Under the pieces are notes generated by a model, which worked only from the letters and a program-made list of their open reading frames with translations, searched no databases and was not told the origin of the DNA. The translations under genes and the position numbers were made by a program. This document shows, in pieces, positions 8,698-19,739 of a DNA stretch of 64,000 nucleotides; within the stretch, counting starts at the first letter, position 1, and the number at the start of each line of letters is the position of its first letter. The DNA is from an uncultured Pseudomonadota bacterium (lineage in GTDB: Bacteria; Pseudomonadota; Alphaproteobacteria; RF32; CAG-239): positions 30,878 through 94,877 of the forward strand of contig CACWQS010000001.1 of NCBI GenBank assembly GCA_902763155.1, given 5' to 3'.

Positions 8698-9522
8698 ATG
8701 AAACAGTCTATGATGAAAGTAGCTATATGCTACGATTTTGATGGAACTCTTGCTCCCGGCAACATGCAAGAATATGGATTTATGAAAGCTCTAAAGACCA
8801 CTCCGAAGAGCTTTTGGAATAAATCGGAAGCACTATCCGTTCAACAACATGCGGATAAGAATCTCTGTTATATGTATACAATGCTCAAAGAAGCTGAGGC
8901 AAAGCAAGTGTCTTTCCGTAAGGAAGATTTGGAAAAATATGGTAAAGATATTGTGCTTTTCAAAGGTGTAGAAACTTGGTTTAGCCGCATCAATGCCTTT
9001 GCCAAGAAAAACGGTATCGAACTACAGCACTATTTACTTTCTTCGGGTTTGAAAGAGATTGTCAGTGGTTTGCCTATCAGTAAAGAGTTCACTCGCGTTT
9101 ATGCTTGCTCTTTCATGTATGATGCAAACGGTGTTGCCTTTTGGCCGGCTCAAGTTGTCAACTACACGACCAAGACACAATATCTGTATCGTATCAATAA
9201 GGGGTGCTTGGATGAAACTGATATTTCGGTGAACGAAAAGATGTCGCATGATTTGCGTGCCATACCTTTTTCGCGAATGCTTTATATCGGCGACGGATTA
9301 ACTGATGTTCCGTGTATGTCAACGCTGCATAAATTTGGTGGACAGGCGCTTGCCGTATATCGTCCGCATACGAAAAACGGTATTACCAATGCGCAAAAGC
9401 TGTTAAAAGGTGAGCGTGTCGATAATATTGCGCCGGCGGATTATTCCGAAGGAAGCAGGATAGATATCATCATCAAAGCTTGGCTTATAAAACTTAAAGC
9501 CGAAAGGGATATGAAATCTTGA
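8698..9522 (+). CDS. HAD-superfamily hydrolase / phosphatase
   Basis: Motif I DFDGTLAP near the N-terminus and an IGDGLTDVP motif III-like region. It is 274 aa. Confidence 0.6.
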   Translation: MKQSMMKVAICYDFDGTLAPGNMQEYGFMKALKTTPKSFWNKSEALSVQQHADKNLCYMYTMLKEAEAKQVSFRKEDLEKYGKDIVLFKGVETWFSRINAFAKKNGIELQHYLLSSGLKEIVSGLPISKEFTRVYACSFMYDANGVAFWPAQVVNYTTKTQYLYRINKGCLDETDISVNEKMSHDLRAIPFSRMLYIGDGLTDVPCMSTLHKFGGQALAVYRPHTKNGITNAQKLLKGERVDNIAPADYSEGSRIDIIIKAWLIKLKAERDMKS

Positions 9523-9528
9523 AAATAA

Positions 9529-9560
9529 GAAAAGGTCGTTATTGTGGCGACCTTTTCTGC
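9529..9560. terminator. Bidirectional terminator-like hairpin between convergent genes
   Basis: aaaggtcg-ttattgtgg-cgacctttt. Confidence 0.4.
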
Positions 9561-9577
9561 GTTTAAAGATGTTTATT

Positions 9578-10540
9578 TTAAGCGCGAACGGCTTGCGTTT
9601 TTATCTGCTTACCGTGGCGCATTTGTTGCACTCCGACGCCTTTTTTACCGGCTAAACGCACATAGCGGAATAACGAACTTTGCACTTTGGGAGGGATAGT
9701 TTTAGAGCTTTTTAGCACATCATTTAGTGTTTTTTCGATACTGAAATAACCATAACGGCGATATATTTCAGCGGCATAAAGGTAATGTGATGCCGAAATA
9801 TCGGCGGGGAGGGTAATTTTTCCATCTTTAATTTGTTTTTCCATATCTGCCAGCATTTTATCGCGTTTTTCGGTACCTATAAATTGAGCTAACCGATGGT
9901 TATAAAAATTAGTATATGCTTTAGATTCTTGAATTGCTGTATCTTTCTTAACTTCAAGCTGTGCTTTTTTAATAAATGTACCTAAAGTGTAGTCAGTCGG
10001 TTTAGGCATGCTAAAGCGCTGAAAATTAGGTAATTTATTGATATTTATTGATGATTTTTGTGATTGCCGATTTTCCATAGCATTAGAATCATTTTTCAAA
10101 CCGAATATACTTCCCATAGCTACCATAACAGCAGGGATTATATATTTTAGTTTGTTCTTTGTTCTTTGCCAAAGGCTGAAACAAGTTGTTGTTTTTTCTT
10201 TCTTTGGCGTATTCCATAATCTGGTCCACCACGTTTGTTCTTTAGGTTTAGATAAATATTCACGCACATCATAAGATATTTGAGTTTGCAACTTGTCTAA
10301 TAATTCATCTCTCTTTTCCAAGCCGAAAGTATTGATATATTCTGCAAACGTTTCGGTGTCGGTTGTTTTTATGTTTAATTCACCGCTAAGAAAATGAGCA
10401 AAATATGTATCTGCCACATTTTGCAGATGTTCAATTTGGGTATATTTGTGTGCTTCCAAATGGTTGCGTCTTATATAGTTTAATTTGCTAATACAGTCGC
10501 GCAAAAAAATTCCTGAAACGTTCAGTTTCTTTTCTTTCAT
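9578..10540 (-). CDS. Hypothetical Lys-rich protein with one central hydrophobic segment (320 aa)
   Basis: A long ORF with no family motif recognised. It has a possible TM helix (YIIPAVMVAMGSIFGL). Confidence 0.4.
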   Translation of the reverse strand: MKEKKLNVSGIFLRDCISKLNYIRRNHLEAHKYTQIEHLQNVADTYFAHFLSGELNIKTTDTETFAEYINTFGLEKRDELLDKLQTQISYDVREYLSKPKEQTWWTRLWNTPKKEKTTTCFSLWQRTKNKLKYIIPAVMVAMGSIFGLKNDSNAMENRQSQKSSININKLPNFQRFSMPKPTDYTLGTFIKKAQLEVKKDTAIQESKAYTNFYNHRLAQFIGTEKRDKMLADMEKQIKDGKITLPADISASHYLYAAEIYRRYGYFSIEKTLNDVLKSSKTIPPKVQSSLFRYVRLAGKKGVGVQQMRHGKQIKTQAVRA

Positions 10541-10769
10541 CTTTTTCCTCTTTATGTATGATTGTTTGTTTTACATTCATAAAAATAGCGTTGCATCAAT
10601 ATAGTTTGATTTTTGGAGCTGTCAATAAATTATTCAACTAAAGAATATTTTTTTAGCGAGTGTATATATCTGTATAAAACAGTTTATTACAGATTGGTCA
10701 TCAAAGACTAATTCTTTATGATACTTAGAAAAACATTTATTGGTTAAAGCAATCGTATAAATTAATTTA

Positions 10770-12203
10770 TTACGAAAGTTTATCTATTGCTGTTTTTATA
10801 CGTTTTAATGTTTCCTCTTTACCCAAAATAACCGCCAATTCGGTGGCACCTCCCGGGGTTGTTTCCTTACCGGAAAGGGCAATTCGTACCGGATATAAAA
10901 TCTGCCCGTTTTTCATTTCATGAGCAACGGCCGTATTTTTTAACGTTTCAAAAAGGTTTTCATTGGTCCATTCGGTTACTTCAGATAATACAGGCAATAC
11001 CAATTCCAATGCCTTTCGAGCGATTTCCGATGTGGTTTTCATCTTTTTGTTTTCATACAGGGCAGGGGAATATTCCTTTACCGCTTGCAAAAAGTCAATT
11101 TGCTCCGTAATTTGTCCCAATGTTTCTACACGCGGTTGCAAAGCCGCACTTAAAGCAATGCGGTCTATCGGAGTTGTGATATGAGCATAATATGGTTCAG
11201 CCAGAGCGGCAAATTCTTCGGCGCTTAAGTTACGGATATAGCACCCGTTCATCCATGTTAATTTGTTAATATCAAAAATTGCCGGAGATTTGTTTAAGCG
11301 TTCTGAAGTGAAGCATTGTTTCAGTTCATCAAGCGAAAAAATTTCGCGTTCATCACCGGGATTCCAGCCTAAGAGGGCAATATAATTCAAAATTGCTTCC
11401 GGTAGATAGCCTTTGGCAACAAGGTCTTGGAAAGAGGCGTCGCCGTTGCGTTTACTTAACTTATGTTGCGCATCTTTCATCACCGGCGGAACATGCACAT
11501 AAATAGGTGGCTCCCAGCCGAAAGCCTCGTAAATAAGATTATATTTCGGAGTGGAAGAAATATATTCGTTACCACGAACAACATGAGAGATTTGCATCAA
11601 ATGGTCATCAATCACATTGGCAAAATTATAGGTCGGCAGACCGTCAGATTTCAGCAATACGCCTTCATCAAGTTCGTCGTAATCAATTTCAATATCACCA
11701 TAAACAACATCATGAAAGATGGAAGTGCCTTTTTTATTGATATTTTGGCGCACCACAAAAGGTTCTCCGGCTGCTATGCGCTTTTTTGCTTCTCCCAGCG
11801 GAATAAGCCGGCACGGGTCTTTTAATTTGGCATGGGTTGTGATGTTTTCTTCCTCGTTTTCTTCTTCATCTTTATGGGCACAAAAACAATAATGCGCTCC
11901 GCCGAGTTCGACTAATTTGTGAGCATATTCGGCATAAATAGATTTGCGTTCCGATTGCACATAAGGACCGAAATTGCCGCCGATATCCGGACCTTCGTCC
12001 CACAGCATTCCCACTCGCTTTAAAGTTTTGAAGATAATATCCGTTGCGCCTTCAACATAGCGTTTTTGGTCGGTATCTTCAATACGCAAAATAAAATCTC
12101 CGCCTGTCGATTTAGCAATCAGATATTCATATAAAGCGGTGCGCAAATTACCGATGTGCATATAACCGGTAGGGCTTGGGGCAAATCTGGTTCTGGTTTT
12201 CAT
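10770..12203 (-). CDS. gltX: Glutamyl-tRNA synthetase
   Basis: HIGH motif (PSPTGYMHIGNLRTALY) and KMSKS motif (KLSKR). The start was set at MKTRTRF, which follows a GAGGAA ribosome-binding site. The ORF is open to 12242. Confidence 0.9.
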   Translation of the reverse strand: MKTRTRFAPSPTGYMHIGNLRTALYEYLIAKSTGGDFILRIEDTDQKRYVEGATDIIFKTLKRVGMLWDEGPDIGGNFGPYVQSERKSIYAEYAHKLVELGGAHYCFCAHKDEEENEEENITTHAKLKDPCRLIPLGEAKKRIAAGEPFVVRQNINKKGTSIFHDVVYGDIEIDYDELDEGVLLKSDGLPTYNFANVIDDHLMQISHVVRGNEYISSTPKYNLIYEAFGWEPPIYVHVPPVMKDAQHKLSKRNGDASFQDLVAKGYLPEAILNYIALLGWNPGDEREIFSLDELKQCFTSERLNKSPAIFDINKLTWMNGCYIRNLSAEEFAALAEPYYAHITTPIDRIALSAALQPRVETLGQITEQIDFLQAVKEYSPALYENKKMKTTSEIARKALELVLPVLSEVTEWTNENLFETLKNTAVAHEMKNGQILYPVRIALSGKETTPGGATELAVILGKEETLKRIKTAIDKLS

Positions 12204-12288
12204 TTGAATTTCCTCATTTTTATTTAACATATACACAAGCATAAAACAAAAAATAGCGAATGCAAGTATTTTCTACTTTTAATTACTT

Positions 12289-14508
12289 TTACTTAAAAAA
12301 TTTGTTATTTTTCGGGAAGCCGAACGGAACCAGTTTTCCTACCTGTGCTCGATGTCCAAGCCAAGTTATCAGTTCTTTTTCGGTGCATATACCGCCGGTA
12401 CGGCTGTAACTGAAGCCGACTTCGCCGTTAAATATTTGAATGTCGGTAATTGAGCCGTCTTTATATTTTTGCAGCAAAACGCCGTGTCCGCGCGCCATCG
12501 TCGGGATTTCTTCCGCCTTAAACACCAATAACTTGCGGTTTTCGCCGACAATTGCCACATAATCACCGGTCATTTTAAGGCAGAATTTGACTGTTTCTCC
12601 GTCAAGCACATTCATAATCTTACGTCCTTGCCGTGTTTGCGCCAAAATATGATTCTCATCAACTATAAATCCATACGCCTTATCCGATGCTAACAAATAT
12701 TGCGCGGCAGGATCATAAACAAACATTGCGGCTACATCGTCATTATTGGCCAAATCTATCATCAGACGCACCGGTTGTCCGAAACCGCGTCCGCTCGGAA
12801 TATCATTTGCCGCAATGCTGAAAAACTTGCCTTTGTTATCTAAAATCACGATTTTATCGGTGGTTTGAGCATGAATAGCAAATGCCAAGGCGTCATCATC
12901 TTTGAATTTGAACTCGTCTTTCAAATCAGCGTAGCCTTTAAGCGCTCGTATCCAGCCTTTTTGCGATAAAATTACGGTAATTGGCTCTTTTTCTATCATC
13001 GCTTCTACCGGTACTTCAATATCAGTTGGTGCTTCGGCAAATTCGGTGCGACGGCGCCCCAGAGCCGTGCGCTTACTATATTTTTCCTTAATACGCTTAA
13101 TTTCTTCAGCTATTGCTTCCCAGCGCTTATCTTCGTTATTTTGCAAGATTTCCAATGTTGCTTTTTCGGTCAACAAATCGCTGTGTTCAGTTTCAATTTG
13201 TGCTTCATCAAGTTTGCGTAAGTTACGCAATTTCATATTTAAAATCGCTTCAGCCTGCGTATCTGTCAGCTTGAATTTTGCCATCATTACCGCCTTTGGT
13301 TCATCTTCTTCGCGGATAATTCGGATAATTTCATCGAGGTTCAGATAGGCAATCAGGTAGCCTTCAAGAATTTCAAGTCTTGCGTTAATTTTATTTAATC
13401 TATAATTGATTTTACGTAATAAAATGTAATTTCTGTGCAGTAAATATGCTTTCAAAACCTCTTTAATACTCATCACGTGCGGCACCCCGTCAGCGTCAAG
13501 CACATTCATATTCATATTGAACTTAGCTTCCATATCGGTCAGCTTATAGAGTTGTTCCATCAGCATTTTGGCATCAACCAGACGGCTTTTCGGCTCTAGC
13601 ACAATCCGCACATCTTGTGCCGATTCATCACGCACATCGCCTAAAAACGGCAGTTTTTTATTAAGCAGAAGCTCGGCGATTTTTTCTATCAGCTTTGATT
13701 TTATTACTCCATACGGAATTTCTGTTACCACAATCTGATATTGCCCATGTCCCAAGTCTTCGGTGCCCCATTTGGCACGAATGCGGAAATTACCTTTTCC
13801 TTGCTGGTAGTTATGTAATATAGTTTCAAAACTATCTACAATGGTGCCGCCGGTCGGAAAATCCGGCCCTTTGATACGTCGCACCATAGCTTCATCGTCG
13901 GCATCGGGATTTTCAATCAAATACAGCATGGCATCACTGACTTCGCTCAAATTATGCGGCGGAATATTGGTTGCCATACCAACGGCAATACCCATCGCGC
14001 CGTTGCACAGCAAATTCGGTACCATTGCAGGCATTACCGACGGTTCACTGTCTTCGCCGTCGTAGGTGTCGACAAACTCAACCGCGTCATCGTTCAATCC
14101 GTCCATCAAATCCATGGCAAATTCGGTCAATCGCGCTTCGGTATAACGCATTGCCGCCGCACCGTCGCCGTCAATATTGCCAAAGTTGCCTTGTCCGTCA
14201 ACCAAAGGATAACGTACCGAAAAATCTTGTGCCAATCTTACCATGGCTCCGTAAACGGCGCTATCGCCGTGCGGGTGATATTTACCGATAACATCACCGA
14301 CAACGCGCGCGCATTTTTTGTAACCATTCTTTGGGTCCAAATGCAGTTGCCGCATGGCATACATCAAACGCCGATGCACAGGCTTTAAGCCATCGCGAAC
14401 ATCGGGAAGCGAGCGTGATACAATGGTTGACATCGCATACGATAAATAACGTTTGCTTAACTCTTCGCTAAATTGCACATCTCTGATTTTGATATTATCT
14501 TCTGCCAT
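12289..14508 (-). CDS. parC: DNA topoisomerase IV subunit A (ParC; GyrA-family, 739 aa)
   Basis: The N-terminus ...[17 protein letters not shown]... and active-site region are typical of GyrA/ParC. The length and lack of a GyrA box fit ParC. Confidence 0.8.
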   Translation of the reverse strand: MAEDNIKIRDVQFSEELSKRYLSYAMSTIVSRSLPDVRDGLKPVHRRLMYAMRQLHLDPKNGYKKCARVVGDVIGKYHPHGDSAVYGAMVRLAQDFSVRYPLVDGQGNFGNIDGDGAAAMRYTEARLTEFAMDLMDGLNDDAVEFVDTYDGEDSEPSVMPAMVPNLLCNGAMGIAVGMATNIPPHNLSEVSDAMLYLIENPDADDEAMVRRIKGPDFPTGGTIVDSFETILHNYQQGKGNFRIRAKWGTEDLGHGQYQIVVTEIPYGVIKSKLIEKIAELLLNKKLPFLGDVRDESAQDVRIVLEPKSRLVDAKMLMEQLYKLTDMEAKFNMNMNVLDADGVPHVMSIKEVLKAYLLHRNYILLRKINYRLNKINARLEILEGYLIAYLNLDEIIRIIREEDEPKAVMMAKFKLTDTQAEAILNMKLRNLRKLDEAQIETEHSDLLTEKATLEILQNNEDKRWEAIAEEIKRIKEKYSKRTALGRRRTEFAEAPTDIEVPVEAMIEKEPITVILSQKGWIRALKGYADLKDEFKFKDDDALAFAIHAQTTDKIVILDNKGKFFSIAANDIPSGRGFGQPVRLMIDLANNDDVAAMFVYDPAAQYLLASDKAYGFIVDENHILAQTRQGRKIMNVLDGETVKFCLKMTGDYVAIVGENRKLLVFKAEEIPTMARGHGVLLQKYKDGSITDIQIFNGEVGFSYSRTGGICTEKELITWLGHRAQVGKLVPFGFPKNNKFFK

Positions 14509-14515
14509 ATTTCAC

Positions 14516-15247
14516 CTACATTTTCTGCGATAAAGCTAAAATATGCAACAAATTAGCACGGTTTTCCGGTAATTGCAAGTTGTGTTGCATTAAAAAATTC
14601 TTATTAAGGAAACTTCCGGTCATCTCTAAAACATTGGCTATTTCAGCCGTTGCGGGTAAATAATTGCGCTCGGCAATATATTGTGGATAAGCATACAACT
14701 TGTCGCTATATGGCGCTCCCACTTTTTCGCATACCGCACGTCCGGTTTTGGGCGATATATAACGCAGATTTTCGCGCGAACCGGTTACCGCACATTCACT
14801 TATATCTAACCCTATGCCTAAAAATTCCAACAGATAAAACTCGAAAAACGAATAATAAACCAACCAATTCGGTTCATCTAAGTGTTTGAAAAAGTCGTCT
14901 ATCGAATTGAAAAGATTACCTAAATCATCATTTTCAGCCACGCAAATATCCAGAAGCCGGCTCATTGAAATCAGCGCTTCGATTTTTTCATTTTCTAACA
15001 TAAAATCCGCCGCATGGGAGTGCACCAGTTCCACGCCTTTAAGACTCAGCATATTTTCTTCCACTCGTGCATAGCCGTTAAACGAAATATAGTTGCCGAG
15101 CTGATAAGTTCCTAAATTACGCTTATTTAGTGCTCCGTTTGCATAACCGACGATTTTTCCGAGCTCGGGACATACCAACGTTACAATCGCCGATTTCTCA
15201 CCGTGATTTCTGATTTTAATGATATATCCTTCGCCGCTTACTTGCAT
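14516..15247 (-). CDS. recO: DNA repair protein RecO
   Basis: 243 aa with a RecO N-terminal OB-fold pattern. It sits in an operon context with parC. Confidence 0.65.
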   Translation of the reverse strand: MQVSGEGYIIKIRNHGEKSAIVTLVCPELGKIVGYANGALNKRNLGTYQLGNYISFNGYARVEENMLSLKGVELVHSHAADFMLENEKIEALISMSRLLDICVAENDDLGNLFNSIDDFFKHLDEPNWLVYYSFFEFYLLEFLGIGLDISECAVTGSRENLRYISPKTGRAVCEKVGAPYSDKLYAYPQYIAERNYLPATAEIANVLEMTGSFLNKNFLMQHNLQLPENRANLLHILALSQKM

Positions 15248-15256
15248 TACTATCCT

Positions 15257-16102
15257 TTATAAATCGTGTATGATTGACTTATTTACCTTATCAAACGCCA
15301 TCAATTCGCTGATTACCCGTTCCATATCTTTCAAAGCGATTGAATTAGGACCGTCCGAAAGTGCTTTATCCGGATTTTCGTGTGTTTCGATAAATACACT
15401 GGCAATGCCGACCGCAACTGCCGCCCGTGCCAAAACCGGTGCGAATTCGCGCTGACCGCCGGTAGTGCCGCCAAGTCCTCCCGGCTGTTGCACTGAGTGG
15501 GTAGCGTCAAATATAACCGGATAGCCGGTATCTTTAGCCATCTGCTTTAAGCCACGCATATCTGTTACCAGCGTATTATAGCCGAAACTGGTACCGCGTT
15601 CGGTAACACAAATCGAATGATTACCGGAATCCTCAGCTTTTTTGACAATATTTTTAACGTCCCACGGAGCTAAAAATTGTCCCTTTTTTATATTGATAAC
15701 TTTACCGGTCTTTGCTGCCGCCACCACCAAATCAGTCTGGCGGCACAAAAACGCCGGAATTTGCAACATATCTACATATTTAGCTGCAATTGCGCATTGT
15801 TCGCGCTCATGAATATCGGTTACAATCGGCAACTGCGGATAAAGTTTCTTGATTTCGGCAAAAGTACGCATGCCTTCTTCAAGTCCCACGCCGCGAGCGC
15901 TGTTAATCGAAGTGCGATTAGCTTTGTCAAAAGAAGCTTTAAAAATATAAGGAATACCGAGTTTTTTTGTTATTTCGACCAATGATCCGGCAATAAAAAT
16001 TGCGTGTTCACGGCTCTCAATTTGGCACGGACCGGCTATCAAAGCCAAAGGTTTTTCGTTTCCCAGTTCAACATTGCCAACCTTAATAACCTTTTGCTCC
16101 AT
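15257..16102 (-). CDS. kdsA: 2-dehydro-3-deoxyphosphooctonate aldolase (KDO-8-phosphate synthase)
   Basis: 281 aa with conserved KASFDKANR..S and GLPV.TD motifs. Confidence 0.9.
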   Translation of the reverse strand: MEQKVIKVGNVELGNEKPLALIAGPCQIESREHAIFIAGSLVEITKKLGIPYIFKASFDKANRTSINSARGVGLEEGMRTFAEIKKLYPQLPIVTDIHEREQCAIAAKYVDMLQIPAFLCRQTDLVVAAAKTGKVINIKKGQFLAPWDVKNIVKKAEDSGNHSICVTERGTSFGYNTLVTDMRGLKQMAKDTGYPVIFDATHSVQQPGGLGGTTGGQREFAPVLARAAVAVGIASVFIETHENPDKALSDGPNSIALKDMERVISELMAFDKVNKSIIHDL

Positions 16103-16114
16103 TTTCTTTTCTCC

Positions 16115-16669
16115 TTAAAGTTCAATCCTTCCGAATGCAAACAATACGTTACCGTCGTTTTTTATTCCCGGGACATACGCTGCTTGAATATTAAATCGTT
16201 TATAGCCGACACCGATAAGCGGTAATGGTAGAGGTACCGGAATATAGGCATATTCATGGCGTTGCGTCAGACCAAGGGTGTATCCGACACCGGCACGCCA
16301 TTCGTGGTGTTCGCCTGCCGTCCAGTTCCATTGTCTGGCATAGCCGAAATAGGTTTCGGCATACGAATTGGAATCTTTAAACGCCATAGCATATATACCA
16401 GACCATGTTTGTTCATCGTTATAATGCGACATACCCAAACCGAAACCCCACGGATGTTCATTATATTTGTTAATATGTTCTCTATCATAGGTTAAACGAT
16501 TATGCCACGCATAAAACGGTACATACATATCATAGTAATGACCGCAATAAATATCTTTAACGTCTTCAACAACAAAATCGGTCCATTCGCCTAATTTATC
16601 GCGCCAAGATGCTTGCGCCGGCAAAGAAATTATAAGGCTCAAAGCCAAAATAAGTAAATTTTTTTTCAT
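16115..16669 (-). CDS. pagP: Lipid A palmitoyltransferase PagP (outer-membrane)
   Basis: A signal peptide is present. The motifs YAMAFKDS, ERPWGFG-like and IPG..NDGNV.FA..R match E. coli PagP. Confidence 0.85.
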   Translation of the reverse strand: MKKNLLILALSLIISLPAQASWRDKLGEWTDFVVEDVKDIYCGHYYDMYVPFYAWHNRLTYDREHINKYNEHPWGFGLGMSHYNDEQTWSGIYAMAFKDSNSYAETYFGYARQWNWTAGEHHEWRAGVGYTLGLTQRHEYAYIPVPLPLPLIGVGYKRFNIQAAYVPGIKNDGNVLFAFGRIEL

Positions 16670-17323
16670 TTATAAGTCTTCCTGTTTTAATAGTTCTTCA
16701 GGTGTTACGATACCGCACGATAACACATATTTGATACCGTCTTCAACACTCATATCCAACTTAATAACATCATTTTCCGGCACAAAAATCAAAAAACCGG
16801 AAGTAGGGTTTGGTGTGGTCGGAACATAAATACTGAGCATTCTTTGCCCGATTTTATCGGCAATTTCGCCGCCGGTATCATCTTTACTGACAAATGCGAT
16901 AGTCCATAAATCTTTTCTGGGATATTGAACCAACACTACTTCGCTGAATGAACGGGATTTTTGCGATAAAAATGTTTCAAAAATTTGTTTCATTAGTGAA
17001 TATATACTTGATATTACCGGCATTTTGCGAATAATTCGTTCCCAAAGTTTCACAAAAAATTTGCCGACATATCCTGTGGTCAGCATACCGATAAGCATCA
17101 GCACTGCAATCAGCAATACCAACCCCAGTCCCGGCACTGCATAAGGCACAAAATTGCCTATTTTCCATTGTTGCGGTATCAGATGGCTGGTTGCTTCGTT
17201 AATCCACATTACCAAGTGATACGACATATAAACCGTAATCGCCACCGGTGCAGCGACAATTACGCCGGTTAAAAGATAATTTTTTACTCTATTCCAAAAT
17301 TTAGTTTTAATATCCTTAGCCAT
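16670..17323 (-). CDS. DUF502-family membrane protein
   Basis: N-terminal TM helices and a conserved DUF502-like core. It is 217 aa. Confidence 0.55.
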   Translation of the reverse strand: MAKDIKTKFWNRVKNYLLTGVIVAAPVAITVYMSYHLVMWINEATSHLIPQQWKIGNFVPYAVPGLGLVLLIAVLMLIGMLTTGYVGKFFVKLWERIIRKMPVISSIYSLMKQIFETFLSQKSRSFSEVVLVQYPRKDLWTIAFVSKDDTGGEIADKIGQRMLSIYVPTTPNPTSGFLIFVPENDVIKLDMSVEDGIKYVLSCGIVTPEELLKQEDL

Positions 17324-19096
17324 TTATTTCCTCATTATATCGTTGATAATCATTTGTACTTTTTGTCTTCCCTGCCATTCGTCCAGTTTGATATAGCCGA
17401 CAACATCATATACATCACCGTGGTTGTTCAGTAATGCCTGTCCGATTTCGTTATCGGCAGAGCGAAAAGCGATTGCCGAGATTGTTGCTCCGCTTGGAGA
17501 AGTCAGCAAACAACGCACGTGCCCGCTACCGATAATTGCCGGTTTGATTATTTGCACATTCTGAAGCAAAATCTGCGGTTCCGGATTACCGGTTCCGAAA
17601 GGTTCCAGCATTGCTAAATTTGCGGCAAAACCAACATTGACCGCACTTAAACTGACGGCGCAATCAATATTTAATATCGGCACAATCTTATCATTACCCA
17701 AATGTTTGAGTACATATTCTCCTACAAACTCTTTAAACGCCGGAATTTGTTCCGTTGTCAGCGAAAATCCGGCCGCCATAGTATGACCGCCACCACCTTT
17801 GATTACCCCATGTTCTTTGGCAGAGATAATCAGCATTCCCAAATCGAGTCCGTCAACCGAGCGTGCCGAACCTTTAACTTCATCAGGTTCAATACTCATC
17901 ACAAACGCCGGCATATTGTAGCGTTCGCGCAATTTTCCCGCCACAATGCCGATAACTCCCTGATGCCAATTATCACCATAGGCAAAAGCCATCGGATATT
18001 CTTGGGCTTCTTTTTCCACTTGTTCGATAGCCTCCAACAGCACAAAGTTTTCTATTTCTTTACGTTCGCCGTTAAAAGAATCAAATTTTATTGCCAGTTC
18101 TTTGGCTTCGTTTTCGTCTTCGGTAGAAAGTAACCGGCTTCCCAAATTGGCATCACCGACGCGTCCGCAGGCATTTATTCGCGGCCCCAGTACAAAACCC
18201 AGATGATAAGCGCGCGGAGCCGTTTCCATTTTAGCAATCCGCATCAAATTTTTTAAGCCCAAATTCTGTTGAGAAGCCATCACCTTCAGACCTTGCTTCA
18301 CATAGGCGCGATTTAAGCCCAACAGCGGAACTACATCGCAAACCGTGCCGAGCGCAACCAAGTCAAGCCAATTCATAAGTGGCGGCTCTGAGTGCGTTTT
18401 GTAAAAACCTTGTTGGCGTAATAAGCGGTTAACCGCCACCAAAAACATAAAGCCAACACCGACTGCCGACATATACTCTAAATATTGATAAGGATTGGTT
18501 TCGTCTAAGCGTTTAGGGTTAATAACAGCATAAACTTCAGGTAAAACGGCTTCGGCTTCATGGTGGTCAAGAACAATAATTTCAAAACCGTCTTGTGTGG
18601 CTTTATTGAGTGGTTCAAAAGCAGTGGTGCCGCAGTCTATGGTTATTACCAATTTTACTCCGGATTGTTTAAATTCGGCAAAAGCCAAATCGTTCGGACC
18701 ATAGCCTTCTTCACGCGAGGGAATATGCACTATCGGCTCTATTCCAACCGCTCTGAAAAAACGTCGCAATTCTGCGGTAGAAGTTGCACCATCGACATCA
18801 TAATCACCGATAACAGCTATTTTTTCGCCGTTGATTACTGCTTCTGCGGTTCTTTTCGCCGCTTTTTCCATATCTTTTAAAACATACGGATCCGGCATCA
18901 GGTCTTTAATCTTAGGTTGCAAAAACGCCGAAACATCATCGTAGGCAATATGTCGGCCGGCTAAAATTTGTGCTATATATGGTGGCACTTCGTAGGCTTG
19001 CGCTACCCGTGCGCACCAACTTTCATCGGTTTGAACCATGCGCCAAATATTACCGCTTAAAGAAATTTTTTCCTGTTCTTGCACCGTTTGCCCCAA
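17324..19096 (-). CDS. recJ: Single-stranded-DNA-specific exonuclease RecJ
   Basis: A DHH/DHHA1 phosphoesterase motif (DHH at ..ILDHHEA..). It is 590 aa. Confidence 0.9.
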   Translation of the reverse strand: MGQTVQEQEKISLSGNIWRMVQTDESWCARVAQAYEVPPYIAQILAGRHIAYDDVSAFLQPKIKDLMPDPYVLKDMEKAAKRTAEAVINGEKIAVIGDYDVDGATSTAELRRFFRAVGIEPIVHIPSREEGYGPNDLAFAEFKQSGVKLVITIDCGTTAFEPLNKATQDGFEIIVLDHHEAEAVLPEVYAVINPKRLDETNPYQYLEYMSAVGVGFMFLVAVNRLLRQQGFYKTHSEPPLMNWLDLVALGTVCDVVPLLGLNRAYVKQGLKVMASQQNLGLKNLMRIAKMETAPRAYHLGFVLGPRINACGRVGDANLGSRLLSTEDENEAKELAIKFDSFNGERKEIENFVLLEAIEQVEKEAQEYPMAFAYGDNWHQGVIGIVAGKLRERYNMPAFVMSIEPDEVKGSARSVDGLDLGMLIISAKEHGVIKGGGGHTMAAGFSLTTEQIPAFKEFVGEYVLKHLGNDKIVPILNIDCAVSLSAVNVGFAANLAMLEPFGTGNPEPQILLQNVQIIKPAIIGSGHVRCLLTSPSGATISAIAFRSADNEIGQALLNNHGDVYDVVGYIKLDEWQGRQKVQMIINDIMRK

Positions 19097-19179
19097 GTCT
19101 AAAATTCAACATGTGTTGATTTTACATATTTTTCTGCCTGATACAAGCACAATAACTCCTTTTTAACAAAATTTTACAC

Positions 19180-19208
19180 TTGCATTAAAGTATTTGAGTA
19201 TTTATAGT
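19180..19208 (+). promoter_or_regulatory. Putative sigma70 promoter (TTGCAT - 17 nt - TATAGT) for the DUF192 gene
   Basis: It has near-consensus hexamers with the correct spacing. A GGAGG ribosome-binding site lies 6 nt before the ATG at 19225. Confidence 0.5.
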
Positions 19209-19224
19209 TGCGTAGGGAGGAAAA

Positions 19225-19653
19225 ATGCGTTTTTTAATATCAATAGCTTTAATTTTGTTTGCAGATACGGCATTTGCAGGGCAAATTGTCAACGTTACGT
19301 CACCACAGAATGAGATTCGTTGTTCGTTTACGATTGAAGTTGCCGATACAACGAAGGCTATTGAAACCGGTTTGATGTATCGGAAAATTTTGCCTGAAGA
19401 TGCAGGTATGTTGTTTGATATGTCGGTTATTCCGCCTCAAAATCCGATAGCGTTTTGGATGAAAAATACTTACATTCCGCTCGATATTTTGTTTATTGAT
19501 GAGGATAATATAATTTTTGATATAAAACAAAATGCCAAGCCGCAAGATACAACACTGATATGGCCAATTCGTCGCCCAAGGTATGTATTGGAAATTAACG
19601 GCGGTAAGGCGCAATCTTGCGGCATCGGTATTGGTGATGTTGTCCGTAAATAA
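19225..19653 (+). CDS. DUF192 (COG1430)-family secreted protein
   Basis: A signal peptide and the conserved GLMYRKILPEDAGMLF...FWMKNTYIPLDILFID core. Confidence 0.7.
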   Translation: MRFLISIALILFADTAFAGQIVNVTSPQNEIRCSFTIEVADTTKAIETGLMYRKILPEDAGMLFDMSVIPPQNPIAFWMKNTYIPLDILFIDEDNIIFDIKQNAKPQDTTLIWPIRRPRYVLEINGGKAQSCGIGIGDVVRK

Positions 19654-19739
19654 ATCTTAAAATATTTTGATTTTATTTACCATAGATTAAGTATCATTTT
19701 ATATTATTTGCAGAAAGAATAATGTAAAGGAACTGTAAA

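Noticed and set aside
13046-14388. Plus-strand ORFs (74-144 aa) inside parC
   Set aside because: They are antisense to the conserved topoisomerase gene. They are Arg-rich translations typical of reverse-frame artefacts.
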